Source: Candidatus Omnitrophota bacterium
GTDB taxonomy: Bacteria; Omnitrophota; Gorgyraeia; Gygaellales; JBFMHM01
Length of the DNA: 64,000 nucleotides
Direction of reading: 5' to 3'
Assembly (NCBI GenBank): GCA_040753015.1
Contig: JBFMHM010000002.1
Coordinates: 36,319-100,318, forward strand
In this document: one piece after another, positions 31,453 through 41,523 of the stretch
Position numbering within the stretch: position 1 is the first letter of the stretch
Layout: every line of letters begins with the position of its first letter
The notes under the pieces: generated by a model
What the model saw: only the letters and a program-made list of their open reading frames with translations
Database searches by the model: none
Told to the model about the DNA's origin: nothing
Translations under genes and position numbers: made by a program

Positions 31453-32772
31453 TTACTTTAACACTTCTTCTAAATAATTATTAAATCTATTAACCATTTT
31501 TTCTATAGAAAATTCTTTTAGCCGTTCTTGGGCATTCTTACCTATTCTTTGCCGCTCATCCGGCCTATCAATAAGATACGCTAGTTTATCTGTTAATTGT
31601 TCAACAGAACCAACATCAATATATATAGCCTCATGATCATCTCTTGCAACATCAAGTGCACCTGTGCGATTTGTTGAAACACAAGGCAACCCGCTAGCCA
31701 TCGCTTCCATCATTGAATTTGGCATACCTTCAAAATCCGATGCCATTACAAATATATCCGAAGCAGACAAATATTGATTTACTTCGGAAATCCGACCCAG
31801 TATCAAAAATTTTGTTAGGTTATTAGTATTAATATAATTTTCAACTATCTGTTGAGTATGACCATCTCCTCCTAATAAACAATATATTTTCTTATTAGGA
31901 TATTTTTCAAGCAATCTATGATATGCCCTCGCTAGTATCATTTGGCCTTTTTCTTTTGAAAATCGACCAATATTAATAATTACAATGGCATCATCTGAAA
32001 TGCCTAATTGATTACGAATTCTATTACGTTTTAAGAATTTCTCTTCCTGAGTAAAAAATGGAATATCTATGCCGTTTGGACAAACACATATCATATCTTT
32101 TTTAATATTAAGCCACTTTGAATAATCGTCTTGAAGAATGCTACTATTCACCACAATACCATTTAAATACGGCATCATTCTATTGTGTGCTCTTTTAATC
32201 GTAGAGCCTATAGTTGTCCAGCCATAAGAAGGATTAAAAGTACGAATACAAAAAATAATTTTTGGAATCCTTGCTATCGATGCAGCTACAAAAGATAACA
32301 TTGCCACTTCATGCCCCCATCCTATGACGACATCTGGACGCTCTGCTCTAAAATCACAGACAAGTTTATATATCTCAATCATTTGAAGAGAACGGAATGA
32401 AGATAATAACGTATATTCACCCAACTTTCTGCTAAATATATTCCCCTTTACATATCTATCTCTATCTAAATACATATCTTTACGGAACAGATAATTTGAT
32501 TCTGGAAAGATTTCTATAGCATCATGATAAAAAAAATTAGAGTTGTTATTTGTGCATAAATTAATAATTTGACGCTGGGTGCCTCCGACATCAAAACTAC
32601 ATGTTACATGAAGAATTTTTTTTCTATTACCGAATACCTGTCTAGGTTTACGTAATCTTCGTATTATGTAAGCATTAATACAGAAAAAGCCAAAAGACCA
32701 ATTGCAAATACACGCTAAAATCTTTTTTACGAAATCTACTAAAGATTTATCTAATAATCGTTTTGCAGTCAT
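31453..32772 (-). CDS. GT4-family glycosyltransferase (GT-B, retaining)
   Basis: C-terminal SASDIFVMASDFEGMPNSMMEAMASGLPCVST is the canonical GT4 E-x7-E region. Confidence 0.8.
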   Translation of the reverse strand: MTAKRLLDKSLVDFVKKILACICNWSFGFFCINAYIIRRLRKPRQVFGNRKKILHVTCSFDVGGTQRQIINLCTNNNSNFFYHDAIEIFPESNYLFRKDMYLDRDRYVKGNIFSRKLGEYTLLSSFRSLQMIEIYKLVCDFRAERPDVVIGWGHEVAMLSFVAASIARIPKIIFCIRTFNPSYGWTTIGSTIKRAHNRMMPYLNGIVVNSSILQDDYSKWLNIKKDMICVCPNGIDIPFFTQEEKFLKRNRIRNQLGISDDAIVIINIGRFSKEKGQMILARAYHRLLEKYPNKKIYCLLGGDGHTQQIVENYINTNNLTKFLILGRISEVNQYLSASDIFVMASDFEGMPNSMMEAMASGLPCVSTNRTGALDVARDDHEAIYIDVGSVEQLTDKLAYLIDRPDERQRIGKNAQERLKEFSIEKMVNRFNNYLEEVLK

Positions 32773-32776
32773 ATTT

Positions 32777-34219
32777 TTAACAATCCTTTGATTCAGCTAA
32801 GGCTTTTCGATATACTGCATCATATGCCGGCCATAAGACTTCATGACTATGATAGCGTTTAATCCATTCGCGATGCTGATGGCCAAGATTTCGTAAACTA
32901 TCCGGTTTATTAACGCAAAATAATATGGCTTCAGCTATTTCGCCTTCCGAAAAACAACTAAAAATGGGAGGATTCTTCTCAAAATTAAAGTGTTTATCGG
33001 AAGAATAATAAGTAATAAGAGGTTTTGCGCAACTCATAGATTCAAGTGCAAAAGTTCCTAGCCCACCATGAGTAAATTGATCAATACACACATCAACAGC
33101 ATTAATATATTTTCGCAATGCAACTTTTGAAAGAACGCCTATTTTAGTAACTATACCATTAAGATCCAACTCTTCAATTAAATCTGACGATTGCTTTGTA
33201 TCCTGTCCATACCAAACAGTAAGAAAAATTGCGTTGTCTAATTTATTTTTAACTTTAGCAAGCGCTCGCCAAAATTTATCACTGCCTTTCCATTGCCAAT
33301 TTTGACGTGCTCCCAGTAAAAAAATAACTTTTCCCGGATATTCTGTTCTTAATTGTTTATACAAAAAATCATCTTGGCAAGGCGCATAAATATCAGTATC
33401 TATCATAAATGGTATTAAATCTATTTTTTTTCGCGGTATTCCTAGCGCATCCATATAATCCATCATTATATTCCCACCTATAATATGTCTTGTTGCTCTC
33501 CTAAATCCACGCGCCTGCATCCAACCAGACTCATTATCTTCAAAAGGCGTAATGAATAAATCGCCGCCAAAAGGAAAAGTAACATACGGCTTATTAGTAA
33601 ATGATGCTATTGCGATATGACTACCACTTGCATGTATAAGATCTACGGTTTTATATAATTTTAAAAGGTCAAGATGTGGCAATACGGTATAAGCCAAAAG
33701 ATAGGATAATTCATTGCCATAAATTATATCTACAGCAGCATCTTTTAAAATCTCCTGCATTCGACGGTATTCAAAACAATTGGAGATTTTATTCAAATAA
33801 TCTAAATCCCATCTAGCCAATTTTATGAAATCTGGCACATCCCAGGAAGGCAATGCCTTGATATTCTGGGGCATTTCGCTTGCCTTAAAATAGACCTCTT
33901 CCCATTGCGGAAAAGATGTAATGGCAACATCGGCAAAACCTGGGTCAAAGAAAAGCTTAGCATCAACTCCATTACGACGAGCAATTTTGCAAAAACAATA
34001 TGCATTATTCAGAAGATTCATGCTATACCCTAATGAGTAATCACCTACAGTAGACGTAATAAAAGAGCATGGATTAGACATTTTCTCTACGCGAAAACAT
34101 CGCTCATTTCGAAGCATAATCTTTCTTATCGCAGAAAATTGCTCTCCTATTCTTCTTTCTTCATCTTTAAATATGCGCTTAACCAAAAAATATACTAAGA
34201 CTTGAATTGTTTTTTTCAT
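32777..34219 (-). CDS. Glycosyltransferase, GT-B fold (GT4-like)
   Basis: C-terminal ...VDVCIDQFTHGGLGTFALESMSCAKPLI donor-binding-like region. 480 aa. Confidence 0.5.
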   Translation of the reverse strand: MKKTIQVLVYFLVKRIFKDEERRIGEQFSAIRKIMLRNERCFRVEKMSNPCSFITSTVGDYSLGYSMNLLNNAYCFCKIARRNGVDAKLFFDPGFADVAITSFPQWEEVYFKASEMPQNIKALPSWDVPDFIKLARWDLDYLNKISNCFEYRRMQEILKDAAVDIIYGNELSYLLAYTVLPHLDLLKLYKTVDLIHASGSHIAIASFTNKPYVTFPFGGDLFITPFEDNESGWMQARGFRRATRHIIGGNIMMDYMDALGIPRKKIDLIPFMIDTDIYAPCQDDFLYKQLRTEYPGKVIFLLGARQNWQWKGSDKFWRALAKVKNKLDNAIFLTVWYGQDTKQSSDLIEELDLNGIVTKIGVLSKVALRKYINAVDVCIDQFTHGGLGTFALESMSCAKPLITYYSSDKHFNFEKNPPIFSCFSEGEIAEAILFCVNKPDSLRNLGHQHREWIKRYHSHEVLWPAYDAVYRKALAESKDC

Positions 34220-35370
34220 ATCTTATAGTTACATAAAGCAGTTTTAAAAGTATTTGTGATATATCTAAGTTCTCGCTCTTTTATCTCGTAATAAATAGGT
34301 AAAGAAATTGTCATATCTTCTCCTAATATAGCATTAGGAAAATATGCTAAGTTAAAATTGTAGCGTTTTTTATATACATCGAGTCGCGGAATGGCATGTG
34401 TACCAGGCCTTGTCCAAACACCTTTATTGGCCAAATAAGTCATAATACTATTCCTATAATTTTTATTCTTAATTTTCAACCTCACAACATACGATTGATA
34501 AGTATGGCTTGCTTTATCTGACACATAAGGAAGTTCTAATTCATCAATATCTCTTAAGAAAAAATTATAACAGTCACCTATATATTTTCTTTTCTCTAGT
34601 AGCTTATTGAGCTTTAATAATTGTGCTATACCTACTGCACCTTGAATATCAGAAAGCCTAAGATTATAACCAATATTTGATATCGCACTCATCTCATATG
34701 GATAATTCATCACTCTTGGGCCGGGTTCAGGGCCTCGCGTACCATGATTTCTTAGGCTATTAATAATATCTGCGTAACAACGATTGTTAGTTGTTACCAT
34801 GCCACCTTCACCAGTAGTAACGATCTTACGCGGATGAAAAGAAAAACATCCAATATCCCCAATTCCGCCAACTGGTTTTCCGTTATATTTACAACCTATA
34901 GCACAAGCAGCATCCTCAATTATTTTTAAATTATACTTTTTTGCAATAGCAATAATTTTATCCATCTCAACGCTAAGACCAAAAAGATGAACTACAATAA
35001 TTGCTTTAGTTTTAGTAGTAATCGCCTTTTCGATTTCGTTGATATCAATATTATAAGTTCGAATATCAATATCTACGAATTTCACAGTTGCGCCAACATA
35101 TTCAACGCAATTTGCAGTAGAAACCCAAGTAAAAGCCGGAACGATAACTTCATCTCCTGGCTTTAATCCTAGCGCTAGACAAGCTAAATGCAATGCTGAA
35201 GTACAAGAATTAATCGCTAAAGAATATTTGACTTCGTGTAATTCAGAAAAACGCCTTTCAAACTCCGCCACCATCGGCCCTTGAGTAACCCAACCACTTT
35301 TAAGACATTTTGAAATAAATCTTATCTCTTCATTATCAAAATATGGTCGTGCTAAAGGAATCTTTTTCAT
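34216..35370 (-). CDS. DegT/DnrJ/EryC1-family PLP-dependent sugar aminotransferase, second copy
   Basis: MKKIPLARPYFDNEEIRFISKCLKSGWVTQGPMVAEFERRFSELHEVKYSLAINSCTSALHLA...GDEVIVPAFTWVSTAN. Confidence 0.85.
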   Translation of the reverse strand: MKKIPLARPYFDNEEIRFISKCLKSGWVTQGPMVAEFERRFSELHEVKYSLAINSCTSALHLACLALGLKPGDEVIVPAFTWVSTANCVEYVGATVKFVDIDIRTYNIDINEIEKAITTKTKAIIVVHLFGLSVEMDKIIAIAKKYNLKIIEDAACAIGCKYNGKPVGGIGDIGCFSFHPRKIVTTGEGGMVTTNNRCYADIINSLRNHGTRGPEPGPRVMNYPYEMSAISNIGYNLRLSDIQGAVGIAQLLKLNKLLEKRKYIGDCYNFFLRDIDELELPYVSDKASHTYQSYVVRLKIKNKNYRNSIMTYLANKGVWTRPGTHAIPRLDVYKKRYNFNLAYFPNAILGEDMTISLPIYYEIKERELRYITNTFKTALCNYKI

Positions 35371-35448
35371 ATTATAAATGATTATTTTTCAATAATTCGT
35401 AATTTCAGTAAAATCTTCGAAATGATAGTTCATTGTCTGTCTAGCCTA

Positions 35449-36237
35449 TTAAACCTTTTTAAGCGCATAAAATAAATTATAACTATATTGATCAAAACTA
35501 TTATCATTTAATAGCCTTGATACGTTCATAGCGAAACTATTAAATCTTGAATCATGCTTCGGAGATTTTGGAAAAATGGTTAAGGGATAAACAAGCCTCG
35601 AAAGTAACAAATAAAAACCATAATTTTTTATTTCTATAATCCTAAAATATTTTTCTATAAAAGATTTCATTTTTTCTTGATAAAAATTTCTATTATAATT
35701 TACTACTTTAATTTGCGACAAGCCCAAGGTTACCCTTAATCTATTAAGCCTGTTAAGCTCATCTTGAAACCCTTCGCTAAGTAATAGCAAGCCACCTTTT
35801 TTGAGAATGCTATGAATTTGCCTTAAAGCTTTACATTGCATTTCCCAAGAAGGCAAATTGATTAAACATCGCTGTGATATAACGCAATCGAATTTCAATG
35901 AATCTTTAAAAATATTATTTAGATTTGTTACTGAAGAAACAATAAAACTAATATTTTTTATATTATTTGATTGGGCTCTTCTTCTTGCGATTTTAATTAA
36001 ATTGTAAGAATAATCTAATCCAAAAATATGCTTAACTTTTTTAGCATAATTAATTGTGTGAGCCGCATCACCGCATCCTAACTCCAGAACATTAAAATTT
36101 TTTTTAAGATACTTCATAATATTGTCCATTTCTAACTTTGCAAGAAACGGATCTCTAGAAGTAGGAGTTGTTGATTTTAAAAAAGAAAATTTTTCCCCTT
36201 TATTTTCCCAAAATCTTTTTATATCTATTAATTTCAT
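35449..36237 (-). CDS. Class I SAM-dependent methyltransferase (candidate chain-terminating methyltransferase; immediately downstream of wzm-wzt)
   Basis: LELGCGDAAHTINYA...GLDYS SAM-binding motifs. Confidence 0.65.
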   Translation of the reverse strand: MKLIDIKRFWENKGEKFSFLKSTTPTSRDPFLAKLEMDNIMKYLKKNFNVLELGCGDAAHTINYAKKVKHIFGLDYSYNLIKIARRRAQSNNIKNISFIVSSVTNLNNIFKDSLKFDCVISQRCLINLPSWEMQCKALRQIHSILKKGGLLLLSEGFQDELNRLNRLRVTLGLSQIKVVNYNRNFYQEKMKSFIEKYFRIIEIKNYGFYLLLSRLVYPLTIFPKSPKHDSRFNSFAMNVSRLLNDNSFDQYSYNLFYALKKV

Positions 36238-36253
36238 TTTATTTATATATAAA

Positions 36254-37555
36254 CTAAAGGCTAGAGATATGACTTATTTTAATAGGATGCTCAACAATAT
36301 AATTATACTGATATTTGCTACTTTTAATTTTAATACTATAAACTCTATCATGATAATCCAACCACCTGAATTCGCCATTTTTTTCCATCAAAATAAACGC
36401 TGATAATTTATATTCTCCTTGCCCTAACAATAAAGGAGAAAAAATAAATCTAAATTCTCCATTCTCAAATAAGGATTCTTGCCGCTGGCAACCATCGTCC
36501 ATGCTGTTTGGAGTAAAAACTAATAAACCATTACTTGTAAATATTCGACAAGCACCGTGCAGTTTCCAATCAAAATATTTATAGCCCTTATATTTCAAAG
36601 AGATCTCTATGTGCTCCCCGGATAATAATTCATACCGCTCTTTCCCTTTATTGTCGAAAATTTTAAATTCGGTAATAACAGCTTCTTTGCTGCCGTATTT
36701 AAAAAAATCTTGATTATCTTTTAAATCTAAATAACCTCCTTTTTCTCTTAATTCAATAAGATCGCGTGAACAGAAAGAATCATTGTTACCAACCGAGCTC
36801 CTTAAATAAGAATGGCTTTGTTCATTAATATAACGCTGATAGGCTTTAATTACCAAATCTGCAACGTCATTAGCTACGATCATGCCATCATGCAACCATA
36901 TTGCTTTGTTACAAAACATATTAATCATCTCTGTAGAATGACTGACAAATAAAACCGTTGTATCACTTTGACAAATCTGACGAATTTTCGCCAAACACTT
37001 ATTAACAAAAATTGCATCTCCCGCAGACAAGGCTTCATCTATTATTAGAATATCTGGCTCTTGATGAATAGCAAGACTAAAGCTCAACCTAGCTTGCATT
37101 CCTAATGAATATGTTTTGAAGGAATTATCTATATATTTATAAAGACCGCTAAATTCAATTATCTCATCCATCTTTTTATCTATTTCGTCCTTACTCATAC
37201 CTAAACACATTCCACCCATATAAATATTTTCGCGCCCGGAATGCTCGGGATGAAAACCTGTACCTAATTCTAAGATGGCAGATACTTTACCATTTATGGC
37301 TACTTCGCCACTTGTCTTATCAAGCGTACCAGCTAGAATTCTTAATAAAGTGCTCTTGCCTGCGCCATTTCGTCCAATAACACCTATAACTTCTCCGCGT
37401 TTTAATTCAAAATTTATATCACTTAGCGCCCAAAATTCTTGATGATGCCGCTTTCCAGTTAAAATTTCCCAAACCATATCTGATGGTTTTTTGTACATTT
37501 TAAATGCCTTAGAAAGATTGGACGCCTTAATTGCAATATCTGATTTATCGTTCAT
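36254..37555 (-). CDS. wzt: ABC transporter ATP-binding protein, Wzt/TagH type, with ~200-aa C-terminal extension (candidate glycan-terminus-binding domain)
   Basis: Walker A GVIGRNGAGKST, signature YSLGMQARLSFS, Walker B ILIIDEALSAGD. Start set at internal ATG 37553-37555, which forms an ATGA overlap with the wzm stop. Residues ~260-433 form an extra non-ABC domain. Confidence 0.8.
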   Translation of the reverse strand: MNDKSDIAIKASNLSKAFKMYKKPSDMVWEILTGKRHHQEFWALSDINFELKRGEVIGVIGRNGAGKSTLLRILAGTLDKTSGEVAINGKVSAILELGTGFHPEHSGRENIYMGGMCLGMSKDEIDKKMDEIIEFSGLYKYIDNSFKTYSLGMQARLSFSLAIHQEPDILIIDEALSAGDAIFVNKCLAKIRQICQSDTTVLFVSHSTEMINMFCNKAIWLHDGMIVANDVADLVIKAYQRYINEQSHSYLRSSVGNNDSFCSRDLIELREKGGYLDLKDNQDFFKYGSKEAVITEFKIFDNKGKERYELLSGEHIEISLKYKGYKYFDWKLHGACRIFTSNGLLVFTPNSMDDGCQRQESLFENGEFRFIFSPLLLGQGEYKLSAFILMEKNGEFRWLDYHDRVYSIKIKSSKYQYNYIVEHPIKISHISSL

Positions 37556-38388
37556 AATACATCCCCAAAAGAAACCTTTAATTTTCGAAACATTCGATAC
37601 CCTAGGCAAAATATAGTTAAACTTATTACAATAAATGTTACCCACGCCTGATAATGCTCAAATCTACCAAAATAAAACACATCTTGATAGCACCAAACCA
37701 TATAACTAAATGGATTTAAATATACTACTGGCCGAAAAATATTTGGCACCATTTCTGGAAGATAAAATATAGGCATGGCATACATACCAACAACGCAAAA
37801 TACCTGAACAAAATCTTTAATATCACGAAAATATACTCCTATTGATGATAGAATATAAGAAACACCAATCATCGCAAGTATCTGAAATAAGAAAAGCGCG
37901 GGAATCAAAATATACGTCCAAGGTAATAATCCGTTTTTTATTAAAACATATAAAATTAACATCGTGGTATAAATTATCTGTGTCAAAAATGCCGCAATTA
38001 CGCCTTTGACCGGCAAAATTTCAATAGGAAAAATAACTTGTTTAACTAAATTTGCATTACCAACAACTGCCGAAGAAGCCTTGTTCATAGACTCCTGAAA
38101 CGACATCCAAGGGATAAGTCCAGAAAGAATATAGGTTGTATAATCTAATGGCATCTCTATTGTGCCGCCAATCTTTATTTTAAATACAAAAGCAAAAACA
38201 AAAACATATATGCCCATCAAAACCATTGGATGACCGATAACCCAAAACAACCCAAGCACTTGCCCTGCATAACGGTCTTTAATTTCCCGCTTTGCCATCT
38301 CACAAGTAAGCTGACGATACCTAGTTAAAAGCGCGATAATCTCGCGGAATGCCTGAAAGTGATTTTTAAAATTAAACAGAGACTTCAT
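37552..38388 (-). CDS. wzm: ABC-2 type transporter permease, Wzm/TagG type
   Basis: 6-TM ABC-2 permease pattern with N-terminal FQAFREIIALLTRYRQLTCEMAKREIKDRYAGQVLGLFW. Start trimmed to Met28 of the long ORF (ATG 38386-38388) to avoid ~100-nt overlap with AsnB-4. Confidence 0.75.
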   Translation of the reverse strand: MKSLFNFKNHFQAFREIIALLTRYRQLTCEMAKREIKDRYAGQVLGLFWVIGHPMVLMGIYVFVFAFVFKIKIGGTIEMPLDYTTYILSGLIPWMSFQESMNKASSAVVGNANLVKQVIFPIEILPVKGVIAAFLTQIIYTTMLILYVLIKNGLLPWTYILIPALFLFQILAMIGVSYILSSIGVYFRDIKDFVQVFCVVGMYAMPIFYLPEMVPNIFRPVVYLNPFSYMVWCYQDVFYFGRFEHYQAWVTFIVISLTIFCLGYRMFRKLKVSFGDVL

Positions 38389-40312
38389 AACATTCTTTAT
38401 TAAAATTCGGTGTTGTAATCGTTTTTGTCTCATAGCTACCGCAAAGAAAAATCTTACACCACCACTCAAAATTCAACAATGACCAAATAAAAAGACGGCG
38501 GTTTTGTTTTCCTTGTAAATGATCATTAATTAAATTATTGGTTGTTTTGTAATCAAAAAAATTGTATATATTTGCTTTCTTGTCCATAAGCAGTTCTTTT
38601 ACATATTCAACGCTTTCTCCTTTAAACCAACTTGCATCCGGGCCACTAAAACCCTGTTTATATTGATTTGTAATACTGTCTCCACTATACTTCCTAAGGG
38701 ATTTCCGCAGAATAACTTTTCCATCGTTCATCTTCTCAAAATATTTTTCTTTCTTCACAAACTCATCTTCATCAATATCAAGAATACTATTTATATTTTT
38801 AAGTTTTAACTTTACTGGAACTTTTAAACCAAAATCTACCAAATTATTATCTAAAAATGGAACTCGCTCTTCGAGTCCTTGAGCCATGCTCAATTTATCG
38901 CTCAAAATTAATAACCCGTGTAAAAAAGTTTTTGCTTCAAAATACAATGAGTGATTTATGTAATCTTCTGGCTTTTGAGGAACTAGCTTATGACTATTAA
39001 AAACATTCTTAAAAATATCTTCTGTCCAAACACCGTTTACGTCTTGCCAAATTGGCGCAAATAAGCCCTGTAATGTTTTATTCGGAACAAGCCTCTGCCA
39101 ATATTTATAGTAACCCTGCGTATATTCATCGAAGCTTTTTGCTCGTAATGCTTTATAATATCTCCATGGGTACCCTGCAAAAAGTTCATCGCCACCACAT
39201 CCCGAAAGACAAACCTTAACAAATCGAGAAGCAAGCTTTGCTGCATAAAAATTAGGATAACACTGCCCAAGCCGTAAATCTTCTAAAGCCCAAACCAGAT
39301 TCGGAATACAGCGCTTCATATCACCCGACTTTAAAACCATCTCATAATGTTCGGTCTGGTATAGATAAGAAATGTGCTCTGCTTTTTCTCTCTCATCAAA
39401 AGATAATTCTAAACCAGACGCTGACGATAAATCAAAACCAATACAAAAAGTCTTAAAATCCTTAAGATGTTGAGATGCAATTGCAACTATTGAACCCGAA
39501 TCTATACCGCCGCTTAGATAAGAACCCACTTCTACATCACTGACTAATTGTCTCTTTACTGCCTGGTTAAATAATCTATCAACCTCTTCTAAATACTCAT
39601 TTTCCGATTTTATATTTTTTTCTTCTTCAAAATGAAAATCCCAATATTGCTTTTGTTCAGCTTGTATGCACTCCCTTATGTTAATTTTTAAAAAATTCCC
39701 CGGTGGTAAAATTTTTACGCCCTTAAATAATGTTTTATAAGTAAACGTATTTTGAAAAGTAAAATACTCCAACAGAACTTCATGATCTAATTCTCTTTTA
39801 AATTCCGGATGCTCAAAAAAAGCCTTTATTTCTGAAGCAAAAAGTAACACTTTTTCATTTTGCCAGTAATATAAAGGTTTTATCCCATATCGATCTCTTG
39901 CAAAAAATAATTTTCGCTCTATTTTATCCCAGACAGCAAAAGCAAACATACCATTAAAACGCTTAACACAATCTTCTTTCCACTGGGCATATGCATAAAG
40001 CACAACTTCAGAATCTGTGTTAGATTTAAAATAATACCCCAATTTTTCAAGTTCCTTTCTAATTTCCCGAAAATTATAGACCTCGCCATTATATGTAATA
40101 ACAAAACGCTTATCTTCTGTAGCCATCGGCTGGCGGCCTTTAACCGTTAAATCAATGATTGCAAGTCTACGATGTCCCAACCCAACATTCTCATCAATAT
40201 ACAACCCTTCACCGTCTGGCCCGCGATGACGAAGGGCGCTAGTCATTGTTTGCAATATCGAGTTGTATACTTGCTGCCCATTCTTATTAATAATCCCTAC
40301 GATTCCGCACAT
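38372..40312 (-). CDS. Asparagine synthetase B-like amidotransferase, paralog 4
   Basis: MCGIVGII N-terminus, YLSGGIDSGS PP-loop. Confidence 0.85.
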   Translation of the reverse strand: MCGIVGIINKNGQQVYNSILQTMTSALRHRGPDGEGLYIDENVGLGHRRLAIIDLTVKGRQPMATEDKRFVITYNGEVYNFREIRKELEKLGYYFKSNTDSEVVLYAYAQWKEDCVKRFNGMFAFAVWDKIERKLFFARDRYGIKPLYYWQNEKVLLFASEIKAFFEHPEFKRELDHEVLLEYFTFQNTFTYKTLFKGVKILPPGNFLKINIRECIQAEQKQYWDFHFEEEKNIKSENEYLEEVDRLFNQAVKRQLVSDVEVGSYLSGGIDSGSIVAIASQHLKDFKTFCIGFDLSSASGLELSFDEREKAEHISYLYQTEHYEMVLKSGDMKRCIPNLVWALEDLRLGQCYPNFYAAKLASRFVKVCLSGCGGDELFAGYPWRYYKALRAKSFDEYTQGYYKYWQRLVPNKTLQGLFAPIWQDVNGVWTEDIFKNVFNSHKLVPQKPEDYINHSLYFEAKTFLHGLLILSDKLSMAQGLEERVPFLDNNLVDFGLKVPVKLKLKNINSILDIDEDEFVKKEKYFEKMNDGKVILRKSLRKYSGDSITNQYKQGFSGPDASWFKGESVEYVKELLMDKKANIYNFFDYKTTNNLINDHLQGKQNRRLFIWSLLNFEWWCKIFLCGSYETKTITTPNFNKECYEVSV

Positions 40313-40313
40313 T

Positions 40314-41147
40314 TTAATTAAAGGTGTAATGTAAAATATTATTGTTAACTTTTCTAAAAGACTCCCCGCGCGTATGCCCTAACCATTGATCACAAACTAA
40401 ACAAACCTCATCGGGATAATTATTACGAATCTCGCTTAGCCTACGCGAATTCCATATTTCAGAAATACTATAATTCGCTATATTTATATCTTTTTCGGTA
40501 TTCCATACATGATTACATCTTGAAACGCATCCATCAAATGCAATAACCAACGTATCGTGCAACTTCGGGCAAAAATTGCGATTAGAATCTAAAGTCTGCG
40601 AAGACCTGCCAAAAGCGCCATCAATACTATGTTCTTCATACAATCTAACACTATCAAAACCAGCTAAATCTTTTGATTGAATTAAATCATCATAAATATT
40701 TTTAATTGTTTCTTCGCCTTGGACAAATGAAACTTGGGTTATTGGAAAATTATCATCGTTTTTAAATAATAAAAACTTCTTGGCATTTTTATAACCTATA
40801 AGATTATGTACACTAAAAGTTATAAATTCAAAATGAGATAATATTGCTGCAATCCTCTCATTAAAAATAACGCCATTCGTAGAAAAATGCATTTTTAACC
40901 CTTTACTAAAAGCAAAATTAATAATTTCCGTAAAATAAGGATGCAATAACGATTCTCCGCGCCAAAAAGGAATGACTATGGAATTAGGCGAATTGTCATT
41001 AATATCTTCGATTATCTTCTCCCATAGGAAACGACTCATAAACCCCTTATTTTTATCAATATGATTTCGCGGACACATCGAGCAGTCTAGATTACAATCC
41101 AACGAAAGCTCAACAACAATTCTTTTAGGAAATTTACTAATTTTCAT
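40314..41147 (-). CDS. Radical SAM enzyme with C-terminal Cys-rich (SPASM/twitch-like) region
   Basis: CNLDCSMCPRNH cluster motif, GESLL SAM motif. C-terminal CPKLHD...CVSRCNHVW...CLVCDQW cysteines. Confidence 0.65.
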   Translation of the reverse strand: MKISKFPKRIVVELSLDCNLDCSMCPRNHIDKNKGFMSRFLWEKIIEDINDNSPNSIVIPFWRGESLLHPYFTEIINFAFSKGLKMHFSTNGVIFNERIAAILSHFEFITFSVHNLIGYKNAKKFLLFKNDDNFPITQVSFVQGEETIKNIYDDLIQSKDLAGFDSVRLYEEHSIDGAFGRSSQTLDSNRNFCPKLHDTLVIAFDGCVSRCNHVWNTEKDINIANYSISEIWNSRRLSEIRNNYPDEVCLVCDQWLGHTRGESFRKVNNNILHYTFN

Positions 41148-41479
41148 ACATTAACTACACCCGAATTCAATAACTCTAATTCTTTTTTTAATTCGAAATA
41201 CTCTTTTTCTTTTTTTTCTAAGAAATAACGAGCGAGTGTTATTTTTTTCTCAAAGCCGTTTTTGGTTAAAATATACCTCAGTTTGTTTAATTTTCCTTTA
41301 CGGCTAGTAAAATTTTTAATCTTTACCAGACCTCTCTGGGTAAGCGCTTTTAGTAAATAATTAGTTTTACCTAAAGATATATTTAGGTATTCGGATAGGT
41401 CTCTTTGGGTGAGATCTTGACTAGTAGAAAGGATCTTTAGAATCTTGAATACATCTTCTTGAAAATAATGTTCATCCAT
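41144..41479 (-). CDS. Small winged-helix transcriptional regulator, MarR-like (EPS-associated MarR-type)
   Basis: 111 aa. LTQRDLSEYLNISLGKTNYLLKALTQRGLVKI helix-turn-helix. Sits at the head of the glycan locus. Confidence 0.55.
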   Translation of the reverse strand: MDEHYFQEDVFKILKILSTSQDLTQRDLSEYLNISLGKTNYLLKALTQRGLVKIKNFTSRKGKLNKLRYILTKNGFEKKITLARYFLEKKEKEYFELKKELELLNSGVVNV

Positions 41480-41523
41480 TGAACATTATTATACTTATTC
41501 AGAAGAAAAAAACAAGTAATTTA

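Noticed and set aside
429-41147. Interpretation of the radical SAM + AsnB-like (lasso-cyclase-like) genes as a RiPP biosynthetic cluster
   Set aside because: No short precursor-peptide ORF or RRE domain is evident. The context is dominated by glycosyltransferases, sugar aminotransferases, a WbpB/WbpD-like fusion and a Wzm/Wzt exporter. AsnB homologs with intact MCGI/SGGxDS motifs fit sugar amidotransferases of O-antigen loci.
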